A DNA stretch of 64,000 nucleotides from an uncultured Bacillota bacterium (GTDB lineage: Bacteria > Bacillota > Clostridia > Oscillospirales > Oscillospiraceae), in NCBI GenBank assembly GCA_947383275.1, contig CANDCW010000002.1:19873-83872 (forward strand), written 5' to 3'. Shown one piece after another: positions 31,365 through 39,906 of the stretch. The notes under the pieces are model-generated. The model was given only the letters and a program-made list of their open reading frames with translations, was not told the DNA's origin and did not search any database. How positions within the stretch are numbered: position 1 is the stretch's first letter; every line of letters starts with the position of its first letter. A program made the position numbers and the translations under genes.

Positions 31365-32198
31365 ATGCCAGAAAAGGTCGTGCCCGGCCCCGTCTGCGAT
31401 GACCGTAGTATCCGGGAGGCCGTATGCATACACACGAAAAAGATTTTCGACTCGTGCCGTGATAAAGACTGTGTCGAGGATTTACGGGTATATCCCACCC
31501 GCTGTTCCCAGGAGGTAATCGACCGGGCTCAGTCCGTTAAGGCTTGCTCTGCCGAGCTGCTTTACGCGTACATTGATGTGGAGCCGGTCACCTTTAACCG
31601 GGGCTTCTATACTGTGGATGTACGGTATTTCTACCGCATCACCGCCGATGCCTTTGTAGGCGCTGCCCGCCCCGTCCAGGTCAGCGGCCTGGCAGTGTTC
31701 AGCAAGCGGGCCATGCTTTTCGGCAGTGAGAGCGGTTCCAAGAGCTTTACGTCTGATGACAACGAGAATCAGGTCAGGTGCGTACCCCAGTCTAGCCTAC
31801 CCACAGCGGTAGTGGAGGCGGTTGATCCTCTGATTCTGAGCCTGAAACTTGTGGATGTCTGTGAATGCCGCCCTTGCGACTGCGGTTGTGTGGACATCCC
31901 CATGGCGGTAGCCGCCTGCTTCGGCGATGAACTGGTGACCAGCGGCGATCAGCACCGGATGTTTATCACCCTGGGGCAGTTCTCCATCATCCGTATGGAA
32001 CGGGATACCCAGCTACTCATCCCTGCTTACGACTACTGCATCCCCACGAAGGACTGCAGCTGCAGCGATGATGCCAGTCAGGATGATCCCTGCGATATGT
32101 TCCGTCAGGTCCAATTTCCGGTGGACGAGTTTTTCCCGCCCAACACCATCTCGACTACCAGCAGTGCTGCCGGTAGCGGCAATTGCTGCTGCCGGTAA
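31365..32198 (+). CDS. Cysteine-rich conserved clostridial protein, probable spore coat/exosporium component
   Basis: VCIHTKKIFDSC..KDC motif, many Cys, sigmaK-like AC-N16-CATAAGAT promoter at 31272-31297. Confidence 0.6.
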   Translation: MPEKVVPGPVCDDRSIREAVCIHTKKIFDSCRDKDCVEDLRVYPTRCSQEVIDRAQSVKACSAELLYAYIDVEPVTFNRGFYTVDVRYFYRITADAFVGAARPVQVSGLAVFSKRAMLFGSESGSKSFTSDDNENQVRCVPQSSLPTAVVEAVDPLILSLKLVDVCECRPCDCGCVDIPMAVAACFGDELVTSGDQHRMFITLGQFSIIRMERDTQLLIPAYDYCIPTKDCSCSDDASQDDPCDMFRQVQFPVDEFFPPNTISTTSSAAGSGNCCCR

Positions 32199-32233
32199 TA
32201 AAAAGGGCCGCCCAGTGGGCGGTCCTTTTTATT
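32197..32233. terminator. Bidirectional terminator
   Basis: AATAAAAAGGGCCGCCC / GGGCGGTCCTTTTTATT. Confidence 0.85.
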
Positions 32234-33759
32234 CACATTAGAGGTGCGAAAACCCGCAAAATACTGCGGTACAGCTGGAGAAGGATATTTAAATGCTTGA
32301 ACTGGCGTAGGGAACAGGGCTGAGATGCCTTTAAGGTAGCTTCAAAATCCTTGCGGATGTCCCGGATGCAGGGGGCTTCGCAAAGCCAGACGCCGTCTTC
32401 AAAATGGAGGAACAGGCTGCGGTAGTCCAGGTTGACGGTGCCAACAGTGGCGAAACGGTCATCAACTACGAAATTCTTTGCATGGATAAAGCCGGGGGTA
32501 TACTCGTATATCTTTACCCCCGCCTCCAGCAGGGGGGGATAGTGAGCCCGGGTGACCTCGAAGACATACCGCTTGTCGGGGATGTGAGGAGTAATGATGC
32601 GTACATCCACTCCAGATTTGGCGGCATTGCATAGTGCGGTATTGGTAGCCACGTCGATAACAAGATAGGGAGTGGTAATGTAAATATAGTTTTTGGCCTT
32701 GGCGATCATGTTCAAATAGACCGCCTGACCTACCGTCTCCCGATCCAGAGGGGTATCGGTGTAGGGCTGGACATATCCCGTCCAGGGCCGTACCGGGGCT
32801 GCGGGGGGATGGAAATACTCAAAATTTTCGTCCCAATTGGCGATATAGTCCCACATCGTCAGGAACATCACAGTCATGGACCAGACGGCGTCCCCCTCCA
32901 GGAGGATGGCGCTGTCCTTCCAATGGCCAAACCGCTCACGAACGTTGATATATTCGTCGGCCAGATTGATCCCTCCGGTAAAGCCGGTTTTGCCGTCGAT
33001 AATGAGCAGCTTTCGGTGATCCCGGTTATTCAGGCGCAGAGACATTACTGGAAGAAAACGGTTGAATACCCGGCATTGAATGCCCTTTTTGGATAGAATT
33101 TCGTCATAGTCCCTGGGAAGCGTGAACATACAGCCGAAGTCGTCATACAGCACCCGGACCTCCACGCCCTGAGCGGCTTTCCGTTCCAGGATAGCCAGGA
33201 TGCTGTCCCAAAAGACACCGGGCTGAATGATAAAATATTCCAGGAAAATATATTTTTCCGCCTTTTCCAGCTCCTCCAGCATCCGAGGAAAGGCGGCGTC
33301 GCCCAGGGGGAAATACTCGGTCTCCGTGTTGGTGTACGCGGGGCAGGCTGCCCGGCGCTCTAGATAGTTGGCCTGTCCGGCGGCGTCGCCGCCCAGGGGA
33401 ATGAGGTCGTCCGCTTTAAAATCTTCTTGCAGGGTGGAGGCTGTCTTTTGCAGCATGCCCTGCATCCGTTTCAGGGTCCGTTTGGGGACATATCCGCCTC
33501 CCACCAGAATGTAGAAGGCGCCTCCAAAGATGGGGAAGGGTAAAATCAATAGGAGCCAGGCGATTTTATAACCTGGCTCCATACGGCTGCCCACAATGGC
33601 AACAGCAGCGCTGACGCTTGTGAGGATACAACACCAGTAGAAAATTTCGGTGTAAGCGGAGAAGGAGAACACCATGATAGCCAGTGCAGCAATCTGGGCC
33701 AGCAGGGCCAGGGCCATAAATACAGAGCGGTGGAAGAGAATATAGAGCACCTTTTTCAT
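32233..33759 (-). CDS. cls: Cardiolipin synthase
   Basis: Two HKD motifs (HRKLLIID, HAKNFVVD) and N-terminal TM helices. Confidence 0.94.
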   Translation of the reverse strand: MKKVLYILFHRSVFMALALLAQIAALAIMVFSFSAYTEIFYWCCILTSVSAAVAIVGSRMEPGYKIAWLLLILPFPIFGGAFYILVGGGYVPKRTLKRMQGMLQKTASTLQEDFKADDLIPLGGDAAGQANYLERRAACPAYTNTETEYFPLGDAAFPRMLEELEKAEKYIFLEYFIIQPGVFWDSILAILERKAAQGVEVRVLYDDFGCMFTLPRDYDEILSKKGIQCRVFNRFLPVMSLRLNNRDHRKLLIIDGKTGFTGGINLADEYINVRERFGHWKDSAILLEGDAVWSMTVMFLTMWDYIANWDENFEYFHPPAAPVRPWTGYVQPYTDTPLDRETVGQAVYLNMIAKAKNYIYITTPYLVIDVATNTALCNAAKSGVDVRIITPHIPDKRYVFEVTRAHYPPLLEAGVKIYEYTPGFIHAKNFVVDDRFATVGTVNLDYRSLFLHFEDGVWLCEAPCIRDIRKDFEATLKASQPCSLRQFKHLNILLQLYRSILRVFAPLM

Positions 33760-33802
33760 GGTGAATCACCTCACGATGATCAAAATGTGCAGAGAGCAAT
33801 GG

Positions 33803-34261
33803 TTACGTCTTGTGCAGAGAGCAGAAAATGTGCCCGTTGTCCAGTTCGATCAGTCCATAACCGGACCGGGCGGGGCCGGGATTCATCATCCATAGACCGT
33901 CCTCCAGCTGTTGGCAGAGGGGGATATGGGTATGTCCGAAGAGCAGGATATCCGCTCCCACAACCCTGGCATCATTAATGGCCAGCTCGTAGCCGCTTTT
34001 AACACCCCAACAGTGCCCGTGAGAGAGAAGGATGGACGTCCCTTCCAGAGTAATGTTCTTTTTGACGGGAACGCCTCCCCCCCAGCCGTCACAGTTGCCG
34101 GGGACAAGGCAGAAAGGCAGCTTGGGATAGTGTTCGGCTACTTCCTGGGCGTCATACATCATGTCGCCCAGGTGGATGACTTGATGAGGCTGATGGAGGT
34201 CAATGGCGGCGTACATGCCGGACAGAGAGCGATGGGAATCTGAGAAGACCAAAATTTTCAA
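33803..34261 (-). CDS. YfcE-family metallophosphoesterase
   Basis: SDSH, HLGD, GNCD, HGH, FGHTH, NPG. Confidence 0.9.
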   Translation of the reverse strand: MKILVFSDSHRSLSGMYAAIDLHQPHQVIHLGDMMYDAQEVAEHYPKLPFCLVPGNCDGWGGGVPVKKNITLEGTSILLSHGHCWGVKSGYELAINDARVVGADILLFGHTHIPLCQQLEDGLWMMNPGPARSGYGLIELDNGHIFCSLHKT

Positions 34262-34352
34262 GCTGTGTCACCAGGCCCTTTCTTTGCATATACTAAGATA
34301 GTCACAAAGGTTGAAGCATTACCGGATCAAAATGATTGGGGAGGGAGTAGCA

Positions 34353-34592
34353 ATGGAACTGACGGAAAAAAATCGGGACGCCATTACCCGGCTGGCGAAA
34401 TCCAGCGACGCGCAAAAACTAATGGAATTATTGCAGAAGCAGAGCGGACAGGTTAAGCAGGCGGCTCAGCAGGCGGCAGCGGGGGATCCTGCCCAGCTGA
34501 TGGCAATCATGGACCAGCTTATGCACAGCAAGGAGGGAGCCGAGCTGGTGGACCGAATCGACAGCCAGGCCAAGCAGGCGGGGCTGAAGTAA
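34353..34592 (+). CDS. Small hypothetical protein
   Basis: GGAG RBS, helical Q/A-rich sequence. First gene of a three-gene unit. Confidence 0.65.
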   Translation: MELTEKNRDAITRLAKSSDAQKLMELLQKQSGQVKQAAQQAAAGDPAQLMAIMDQLMHSKEGAELVDRIDSQAKQAGLK

Positions 34593-34623
34593 TCCGGTAG
34601 GGACCCGGAAAGGGGGAAGCGCT

Positions 34624-35052
34624 GTGGCGGAGTTTGAGGACAAACTGAATTCCATTTTGGGCAACCAGGCAGCTATGAATCAGATTATGGCCCTGGCGCG
34701 TTCCCTGTCCGGGGATCAGCCGCCCCAGCAAGCCCCCGCCCTGGATAGTCCGGAAGGGGAGGAAGAACCTACATATGTGCCCGTAACATCGGCGCCAGAG
34801 GAGCAAGCTGCCCCAGATCTGTCCAGCCTGTTGGGGCAAATCGATCCCAAAATGCTCCAGGTGGGGATGGACGTGGTCCGCCGGATGCAGAGCACCGACG
34901 ATCGCAGCGCCGCCCTGCTTAATGCCCTTCGCCCATTTTTGCGGGAAGAGAAGCAGGCCCGGCTTGACCGGGCCCTCCAAATTACCCGGATGGCCAAGCT
35001 GGTTCGGGCAGCCATGGGCGCCTTGGGGGGAAAGGAGGGGGAGCGTGTATAA
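34624..35052 (+). CDS. Hypothetical protein
   Basis: DKLNSILGN..AM.QIM and DDR..LL.ALRPFL..E.Q..LD motifs, typical of clostridial sporulation-linked hypotheticals. Confidence 0.7.
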   Translation: MAEFEDKLNSILGNQAAMNQIMALARSLSGDQPPQQAPALDSPEGEEEPTYVPVTSAPEEQAAPDLSSLLGQIDPKMLQVGMDVVRRMQSTDDRSAALLNALRPFLREEKQARLDRALQITRMAKLVRAAMGALGGKEGERV

Positions 35053-35380
35053 CCGCTACATCCCAGAGGACGCGTCCTACGCCAGAATTGAGGCGGAGGC
35101 GCCCCGTTCCCACAGCTTCGGGAGCGCCCCCCGGCAGCAGCCCTTTCGGTTTCCTGATTTTTTATCCGGAAAGGAGGGCGGAATTGCTGCCAACCTGTCT
35201 GGCCTGCTAAAAAACCTTCGCCTGGATAACTTCGATAGCGGCGATCTGCTGCTGATGCTCATCCTGCTGTACTTATTGGTGGAGGGAGACGACCTGGAAC
35301 TGGTTATCGCCCTGGGGCTGACGCTGATTATGGGGCTGGGGGATAGCAAGGAGGAGTCGCTTTACCCGCCCAGCGTATGA
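35045..35380 (+). CDS. Hypothetical membrane-associated protein
   Basis: GTG start after GGAGG. (M)YNRYIP N-terminus and DSGDLLLMLILLYLL hydrophobic motif. Confidence 0.65.
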   Translation: MYNRYIPEDASYARIEAEAPRSHSFGSAPRQQPFRFPDFLSGKEGGIAANLSGLLKNLRLDNFDSGDLLLMLILLYLLVEGDDLELVIALGLTLIMGLGDSKEESLYPPSV

Positions 35381-36123
35381 AGAACTTCTCCGTCCGGAAG
35401 AGCGAAGGAGCCGTCGGTGGGACAGGGGGATTGGACAGGGGCATAGGCCGTCATACGGTAGACCAGCTGGCCGTCCTCCTCACTCTCCGCAGAAACCAGC
35501 AGTCCGTTGTCCACGCTAACCCAGAACCGCTGGAGCTGCTTGGAACCGGAGGTCTGGACTTGTACCAGGATGCAAGGTAGATCGCCCCGCAGCTCATATC
35601 CGGCGGCGGTAATCTCACTGGGCTCCAGCTCCAGAACGGTCTCGTAAGTTGGGATGTGCTGGGCCAGGTCAGAGGATTTTTCATCCGCCGGGGTGCTCTG
35701 GTACTGCTGAGAGCCGTCATACCAGTAGTAGGCGGCATCCCCGCCGATGAGGTCGTGGCGCACCACTCCGGAGGGAAGCGTCTGGATAGTGTGAGACCAG
35801 CCGCCGTCCGCCCACACTTGCACTTGAGAGGTAGAGGAACCACCGGCCCAGAAGGTCTCCACAGTCAGCTCCCGATAATAGCTGGCGGGGCGCGCCAGAG
35901 TGGCAACTACCCCGGTGACAGTCTGTGTGGTGACTTCGATTCGTTGGTAATCCTGCTCCGGACCTCCGGCTGCGGACAGATCGCCCAGCCCGGCGCTGGC
36001 GGAGGGGAGGATCACCTCGGGCGTATTGGCGGCAAAGAGAACCCGCCCAAAGCTGGCGCAAATAGCCACCGCCATTAGAGCCACAATGGCGACCACGATT
36101 GCCAGCCGTTTTTTTTGTTCCAA
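35362..36123 (-). CDS. Membrane-anchored hypothetical protein (possibly LolA-like beta fold)
   Basis: N-terminal TM and a C-terminal WVS.D.GLL..AE...F.LP pattern. Confidence 0.6.
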   Translation of the reverse strand: MEQKKRLAIVVAIVALMAVAICASFGRVLFAANTPEVILPSASAGLGDLSAAGGPEQDYQRIEVTTQTVTGVVATLARPASYYRELTVETFWAGGSSTSQVQVWADGGWSHTIQTLPSGVVRHDLIGGDAAYYWYDGSQQYQSTPADEKSSDLAQHIPTYETVLELEPSEITAAGYELRGDLPCILVQVQTSGSKQLQRFWVSVDNGLLVSAESEEDGQLVYRMTAYAPVQSPCPTDGSFALPDGEVLHTLGG

Positions 36124-36138
36124 GGGTGTGCCCCCTCT

Positions 36139-37281
36139 CTAGCCCCCGAAGGCATCAGGCGGCGTTTCACGCAGGCCGAAGTGCCAAGCGATGGCGTCAG
36201 CAATGCGACGGCAGGCCCGACCGTCCCCGTAGGGGTTGGCGGCGTGGGCCATTTTTTCGTACTCATCCTGATTGGACAGAAGTTGGGAGGCCATTTGGAA
36301 GACGGATTCCTCTTCCACGCCGGCTAGGCGGACCGTCCCTGCGGAAACCGCTTCGGGACGCTCGGTCTCCTTCCGCAGGACAAGCACCGGCCTGCCCAGG
36401 GCGGGAGCCTCCTCCTGAAGCCCGCCTGAGTCAGTCATCACCAGATGGCACCGGGCCATCAGATTGTGCATCTCTCGTACATCCAGAGGGTCAATCAGAT
36501 GGATACGGGGGTGGCCGCCCAAGTATTGGTGGGCCGCCTCCTGGACCACGGGGGACAGGTGGACAGGGTAGACCAGCTCCGTTTCCGGAAAGGCATCTGC
36601 CACACGGCGGAGGGCGGTCATGATGCTGGCCATCGGCTGGCCGTAGTTTTCCCGCCGGTGGCAGGTAACAAGAATTACTTTTTGATTTACATAATCTAGA
36701 TTATTTAAAACTTTGTTAGAAAAGTGAAAATCCTTTACAACAGTTGTTTTAAGAGCATCAATAACAGTATTGCCCGTTAAAAATACGCCCTTTGTAATAT
36801 TTTCCCGGGCCAAGTTATCCCGATTGGCGGGGGTTGGGCAGAAGTGGAGGTCCGCGATGGCTCCCACTAGCTTCCGGTTGATTTCCTCGGGGAAAGGGGA
36901 CCACTTGTCATAGGTGCGCAGGCCGGCCTCCACATGGCCCACCGGAATCTTGTGGTAGTAAGCTGCCAGCGCTCCGGCGAAGGTGGTGGAGGTGTCTCCG
37001 TGGACCAGAACCAGATCAGGCTTGGCCTCCTCCAGCACACGGTCCATACCCGTCAGACATTTGGAGGTAATGGTGGACAGAGTCTGGCAGGGCTCCATTA
37101 CATCCAGGTCGTAGTTTGGTTTCAGCCGAAAAATATCCAACACCGAATCCAGCATCTCCCGGTGCTGGGCGGTAACACAGCAGATTGCCTCAAATTCCGG
37201 CCGCTTCGCCAGCTCCAGGGCTAACGGGGCCATTTTGATGGCCTCAGGCCGGGTGCCGAAAACAGTCATTACTTTCTTCAT
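36139..37281 (-). CDS. wecB: UDP-N-acetylglucosamine 2-epimerase (non-hydrolysing)
   Basis: GTRPEAIK, HGDT, HVEAGLR, HRREN, TDSGGLQEE, ERPE. Confidence 0.96.
   Translation of the reverse strand: MKKVMTVFGTRPEAIKMAPLALELAKRPEFEAICCVTAQHREMLDSVLDIFRLKPNYDLDVMEPCQTLSTITSKCLTGMDRVLEEAKPDLVLVHGDTSTTFAGALAAYYHKIPVGHVEAGLRTYDKWSPFPEEINRKLVGAIADLHFCPTPANRDNLARENITKGVFLTGNTVIDALKTTVVKDFHFSNKVLNNLDYVNQKVILVTCHRRENYGQPMASIMTALRRVADAFPETELVYPVHLSPVVQEAAHQYLGGHPRIHLIDPLDVREMHNLMARCHLVMTDSGGLQEEAPALGRPVLVLRKETERPEAVSAGTVRLAGVEEESVFQMASQLLSNQDEYEKMAHAANPYGDGRACRRIADAIAWHFGLRETPPDAFGG
36684..36711 (-). other. dif-like Xer recombination site inside wecB
   Basis: Minus strand GTTTTAAATAA-TCTAGA-TTATGTAAATC has 11-6-11 layout with a TTATGTAAA XerD-type arm, inside an AT-rich patch. 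Confidence 0.55.
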
Positions 37282-38360
37282 GGATCGAAACGGTCCTCCT
37301 TGCTGGAGATTTTTTCACTGCTGCCGACCCGGTCCAGATACAGCTTGCCTGCCACGCCCCCGGCGACGCACAAGGCCAGCAGGAAGATCATGGCCCGCAC
37401 CACGCCGATGGTGGTGAGCACCACGGCGGACAGGCCCAGTATGGCGCTGATGACGTAGAGCACCGCTACCGCCTGCTTTTGGGAGAAGCCCATGTCGATG
37501 AGGCGGTGGTGGATGTGGCCCCGGTCGGGAGCCATGGGGGACTGGCCGTGGGACACCCGGCGGAGGATGGCAAAGCAGGTGTCAAAAATCGGCAGGCCCA
37601 GCATAAGGAAGGGGACGGCAAAGGAGATGATGGCGTAGAACTTGAACAGCCCCTGGATGGACACCACCGCCAGAATAAAGCCCAGGAAGGTGGAGCCGGT
37701 GTCCCCCATAAAGATTTTAGCGGGGTTCAGGTTGTAGGGCAGAAAGCCGATGCCCCCACCCGCCAGGGCCCCCATGAGGATGGCCACGTCAGGCTCCTTC
37801 ACGAAGAGGGCGATGACCAGCAGAGTCATAGAACTGATGGTGGATACGCCGCAGGCCAGGCCGTCCAGACCGTCAATGAGATTGACGGCGTTGGTAATAC
37901 CCACAATCCATAGCACCGTGATTGGGATGGCAAGCCACCCCAGCTCCCAGTAGGGATCGGAGCTAAAAATATTGGGGTTGGACAGAAAATCAATGCGGTT
38001 GCCATGGAGCACGGCGACAAGGGCGGCGCCAATTTGAACCAAGAGCTTAGGCAGGGCGGGCAAGGCGAAGATGTCGTCCAAGATGCCCAGCATAACGATA
38101 ATCACGCTGCCCAGCAGCATTCCGCGCAGCTCAGGTGTGAGGGGAAGAAAAACCAGTACGCTGAGGATGAAACCGAGGAAAATGGCCAGCCCGCCCATGC
38201 GGGGGATGGGGTGGTCATGCATCCGGCGGTTATCCTTGGGGACGTCCACAGCACCGACACGGAAAGCCAGTGTCCGAACCATGGGCGTGAAAATCAGCGC
38301 CACCAGGGCGGCGGTGAGCAGGGCGGCCAGGGCCAGCCCTACGGTGGGAAGTTGTAGCAT
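37278..38360 (-). CDS. tagO: Undecaprenyl-phosphate GlcNAc-1-phosphate transferase (TagO/WecA, GT4/MraY family)
   Basis: PRMGGLA, GILDD, NAVNLIDGLDGL, IFMGDTGS, HIHHRL. Confidence 0.9.
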   Translation of the reverse strand: MLQLPTVGLALAALLTAALVALIFTPMVRTLAFRVGAVDVPKDNRRMHDHPIPRMGGLAIFLGFILSVLVFLPLTPELRGMLLGSVIIVMLGILDDIFALPALPKLLVQIGAALVAVLHGNRIDFLSNPNIFSSDPYWELGWLAIPITVLWIVGITNAVNLIDGLDGLACGVSTISSMTLLVIALFVKEPDVAILMGALAGGGIGFLPYNLNPAKIFMGDTGSTFLGFILAVVSIQGLFKFYAIISFAVPFLMLGLPIFDTCFAILRRVSHGQSPMAPDRGHIHHRLIDMGFSQKQAVAVLYVISAILGLSAVVLTTIGVVRAMIFLLALCVAGGVAGKLYLDRVGSSEKISSKEDRFDP

Positions 38361-38446
38361 AGTTTAGACCTCTTTCTTTTGTTCTTGTCTTTTTTTAAAA
38401 AAGAAAGAACCAAAGGAAAAAACTTCCTTGTTTGTTGCGGTGGGGG

Positions 38447-39445
38447 TCAGCGAGGGACGAAGCCCACCTTTTTATAGACCTTGCGCAGAGTCTTATTAGC
38501 CACATAGGAGGCTTTCTCCGCGCCGGCTTTATAGACGCTTTCCAAGTATACCTTATCGGCCAATATGCGGGCGGCTTCCTCTCTTATGGGGCGCAGGGTC
38601 TCTACTACAGCCTCGCCAACGGCAGGCTTGAATTTACCATATCCCTGACCGGCAAACTCTATTTCGATTTCCTCAAAGCTCTTTCCGGTGACAGCGGAAT
38701 AGATATTCATCAGGTTGGCTACGCCAGGCTTGTTTTCCGGGTCGTAACGGACGGGATTCTCGGTGTCGCTATCGGTGATGGCCCGCTTGAATTTGCGCTG
38801 GATATCCTCGGGCTTTTCCATGAGGAAGACACAGCCCTCTGAGATAGATTTGGACATTTTGCTGTCCGGGGTGGTCAAACCCATAATCCGGGCCCCCGTC
38901 TTTGGAATGTAAGGTTCGGGCATTTTGAACACGTCGCCATAGATGCCGTTGAACCGCTGGACGATGTTCCGGGTGAGCTCCACGTGCTGCTTCTGGTCTT
39001 CACCCACTGGGACGAAATCGGGCTGATAGAGAAGGATGTCCGCTGCCATAAGGGAGGGGTAGGTAAACAGGCCGCCGTTGATGTTGTCTTTATGTTTGGC
39101 GGATTTGTCCTTGAATTGGGTCATGCGGGACAGCTCACCGAACATGGTATAGCAGTTCAGCACCCAGCCCAGCTCCGCGTGCTGGGGGACGTGGGACTGG
39201 ATGAAAAGGGTGTTTTTCTCCGGGTCCAGGCCGCAGGCGATGTACTGGGCAAGCTGCTCCAGGGTACGGCGGCGCAGGTCGGCGGGGTTTTGCCGGACGG
39301 TGATGGTGTGCATGTCGGCCATAAAGTAGTAACAGTCAAACTCCTCGGCCCGGGCGGCCCAGTTTTTGATGGCGCCCAGGTAGTTGCCCAGGTGCAGGTC
39401 GCCGCTGGGCTGGATGCCGGAGAGCATTACTTTCTTTTCGTTCAT
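38447..39445 (-). CDS. trpS: Tryptophanyl-tRNA synthetase
   Basis: SGIQPSG.LHLGN, YPSLMAADIL, VGEDQKQH, KMSKS. Confidence 0.97.
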   Translation of the reverse strand: MNEKKVMLSGIQPSGDLHLGNYLGAIKNWAARAEEFDCYYFMADMHTITVRQNPADLRRRTLEQLAQYIACGLDPEKNTLFIQSHVPQHAELGWVLNCYTMFGELSRMTQFKDKSAKHKDNINGGLFTYPSLMAADILLYQPDFVPVGEDQKQHVELTRNIVQRFNGIYGDVFKMPEPYIPKTGARIMGLTTPDSKMSKSISEGCVFLMEKPEDIQRKFKRAITDSDTENPVRYDPENKPGVANLMNIYSAVTGKSFEEIEIEFAGQGYGKFKPAVGEAVVETLRPIREEAARILADKVYLESVYKAGAEKASYVANKTLRKVYKKVGFVPR

Positions 39446-39619
39446 GAATGTTTGCTCCTTTATCTCAGAACGCCTGCCGGCGCTCATATAATATCACCAT
39501 ATTGTACCACCAATAAAAGAGAAAGGCAACTGTTTTGGGGGATTTGTCAGGATAAAAAAGGAATTGTTTCCAATTTGGACATAATGTGCTATCATTAAGG
39601 GGAAAAGGAGGGATTTTCT

Positions 39620-39871
39620 GTGTCTTGGTACGTTTATATCCTCCGCTGCGGGGATGGAACGCTATACACCGGTATCACCGATGATATCCCCCGCCGCCTA
39701 GCCGCCCACCGCAGCGGCAAGGGAGCCAAGTATACCCGGGGGAGAGGGCCGCTGAAGCTGGCCTACGCCGAAGAGGTCCCCGACAAATCCGCAGCCCTGC
39801 GCCGGGAGGCAGCCATTAAGAAGCTGAGCAGGGCGGAGAAGGAAAAGCTGATCGAGCGCGCAAAAAAATAG
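39620..39871 (+). CDS. Small GIY-YIG nuclease (UPF0213)
   Basis: YVYILRC.DGTLYTG.T, GKGAKYTR, RE..IK. Confidence 0.92.
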   Translation: MSWYVYILRCGDGTLYTGITDDIPRRLAAHRSGKGAKYTRGRGPLKLAYAEEVPDKSAALRREAAIKKLSRAEKEKLIERAKK

Positions 39872-39906
39872 GACCGCCCAGGAAAACCAGACGGTCCTAT
39901 TGCATG

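Noticed and set aside
39620..39871. GIY-YIG gene as a homing endonuclease or mobile element
   Set aside because: It is a short stand-alone UPF0213-type housekeeping protein with no intron or element context.
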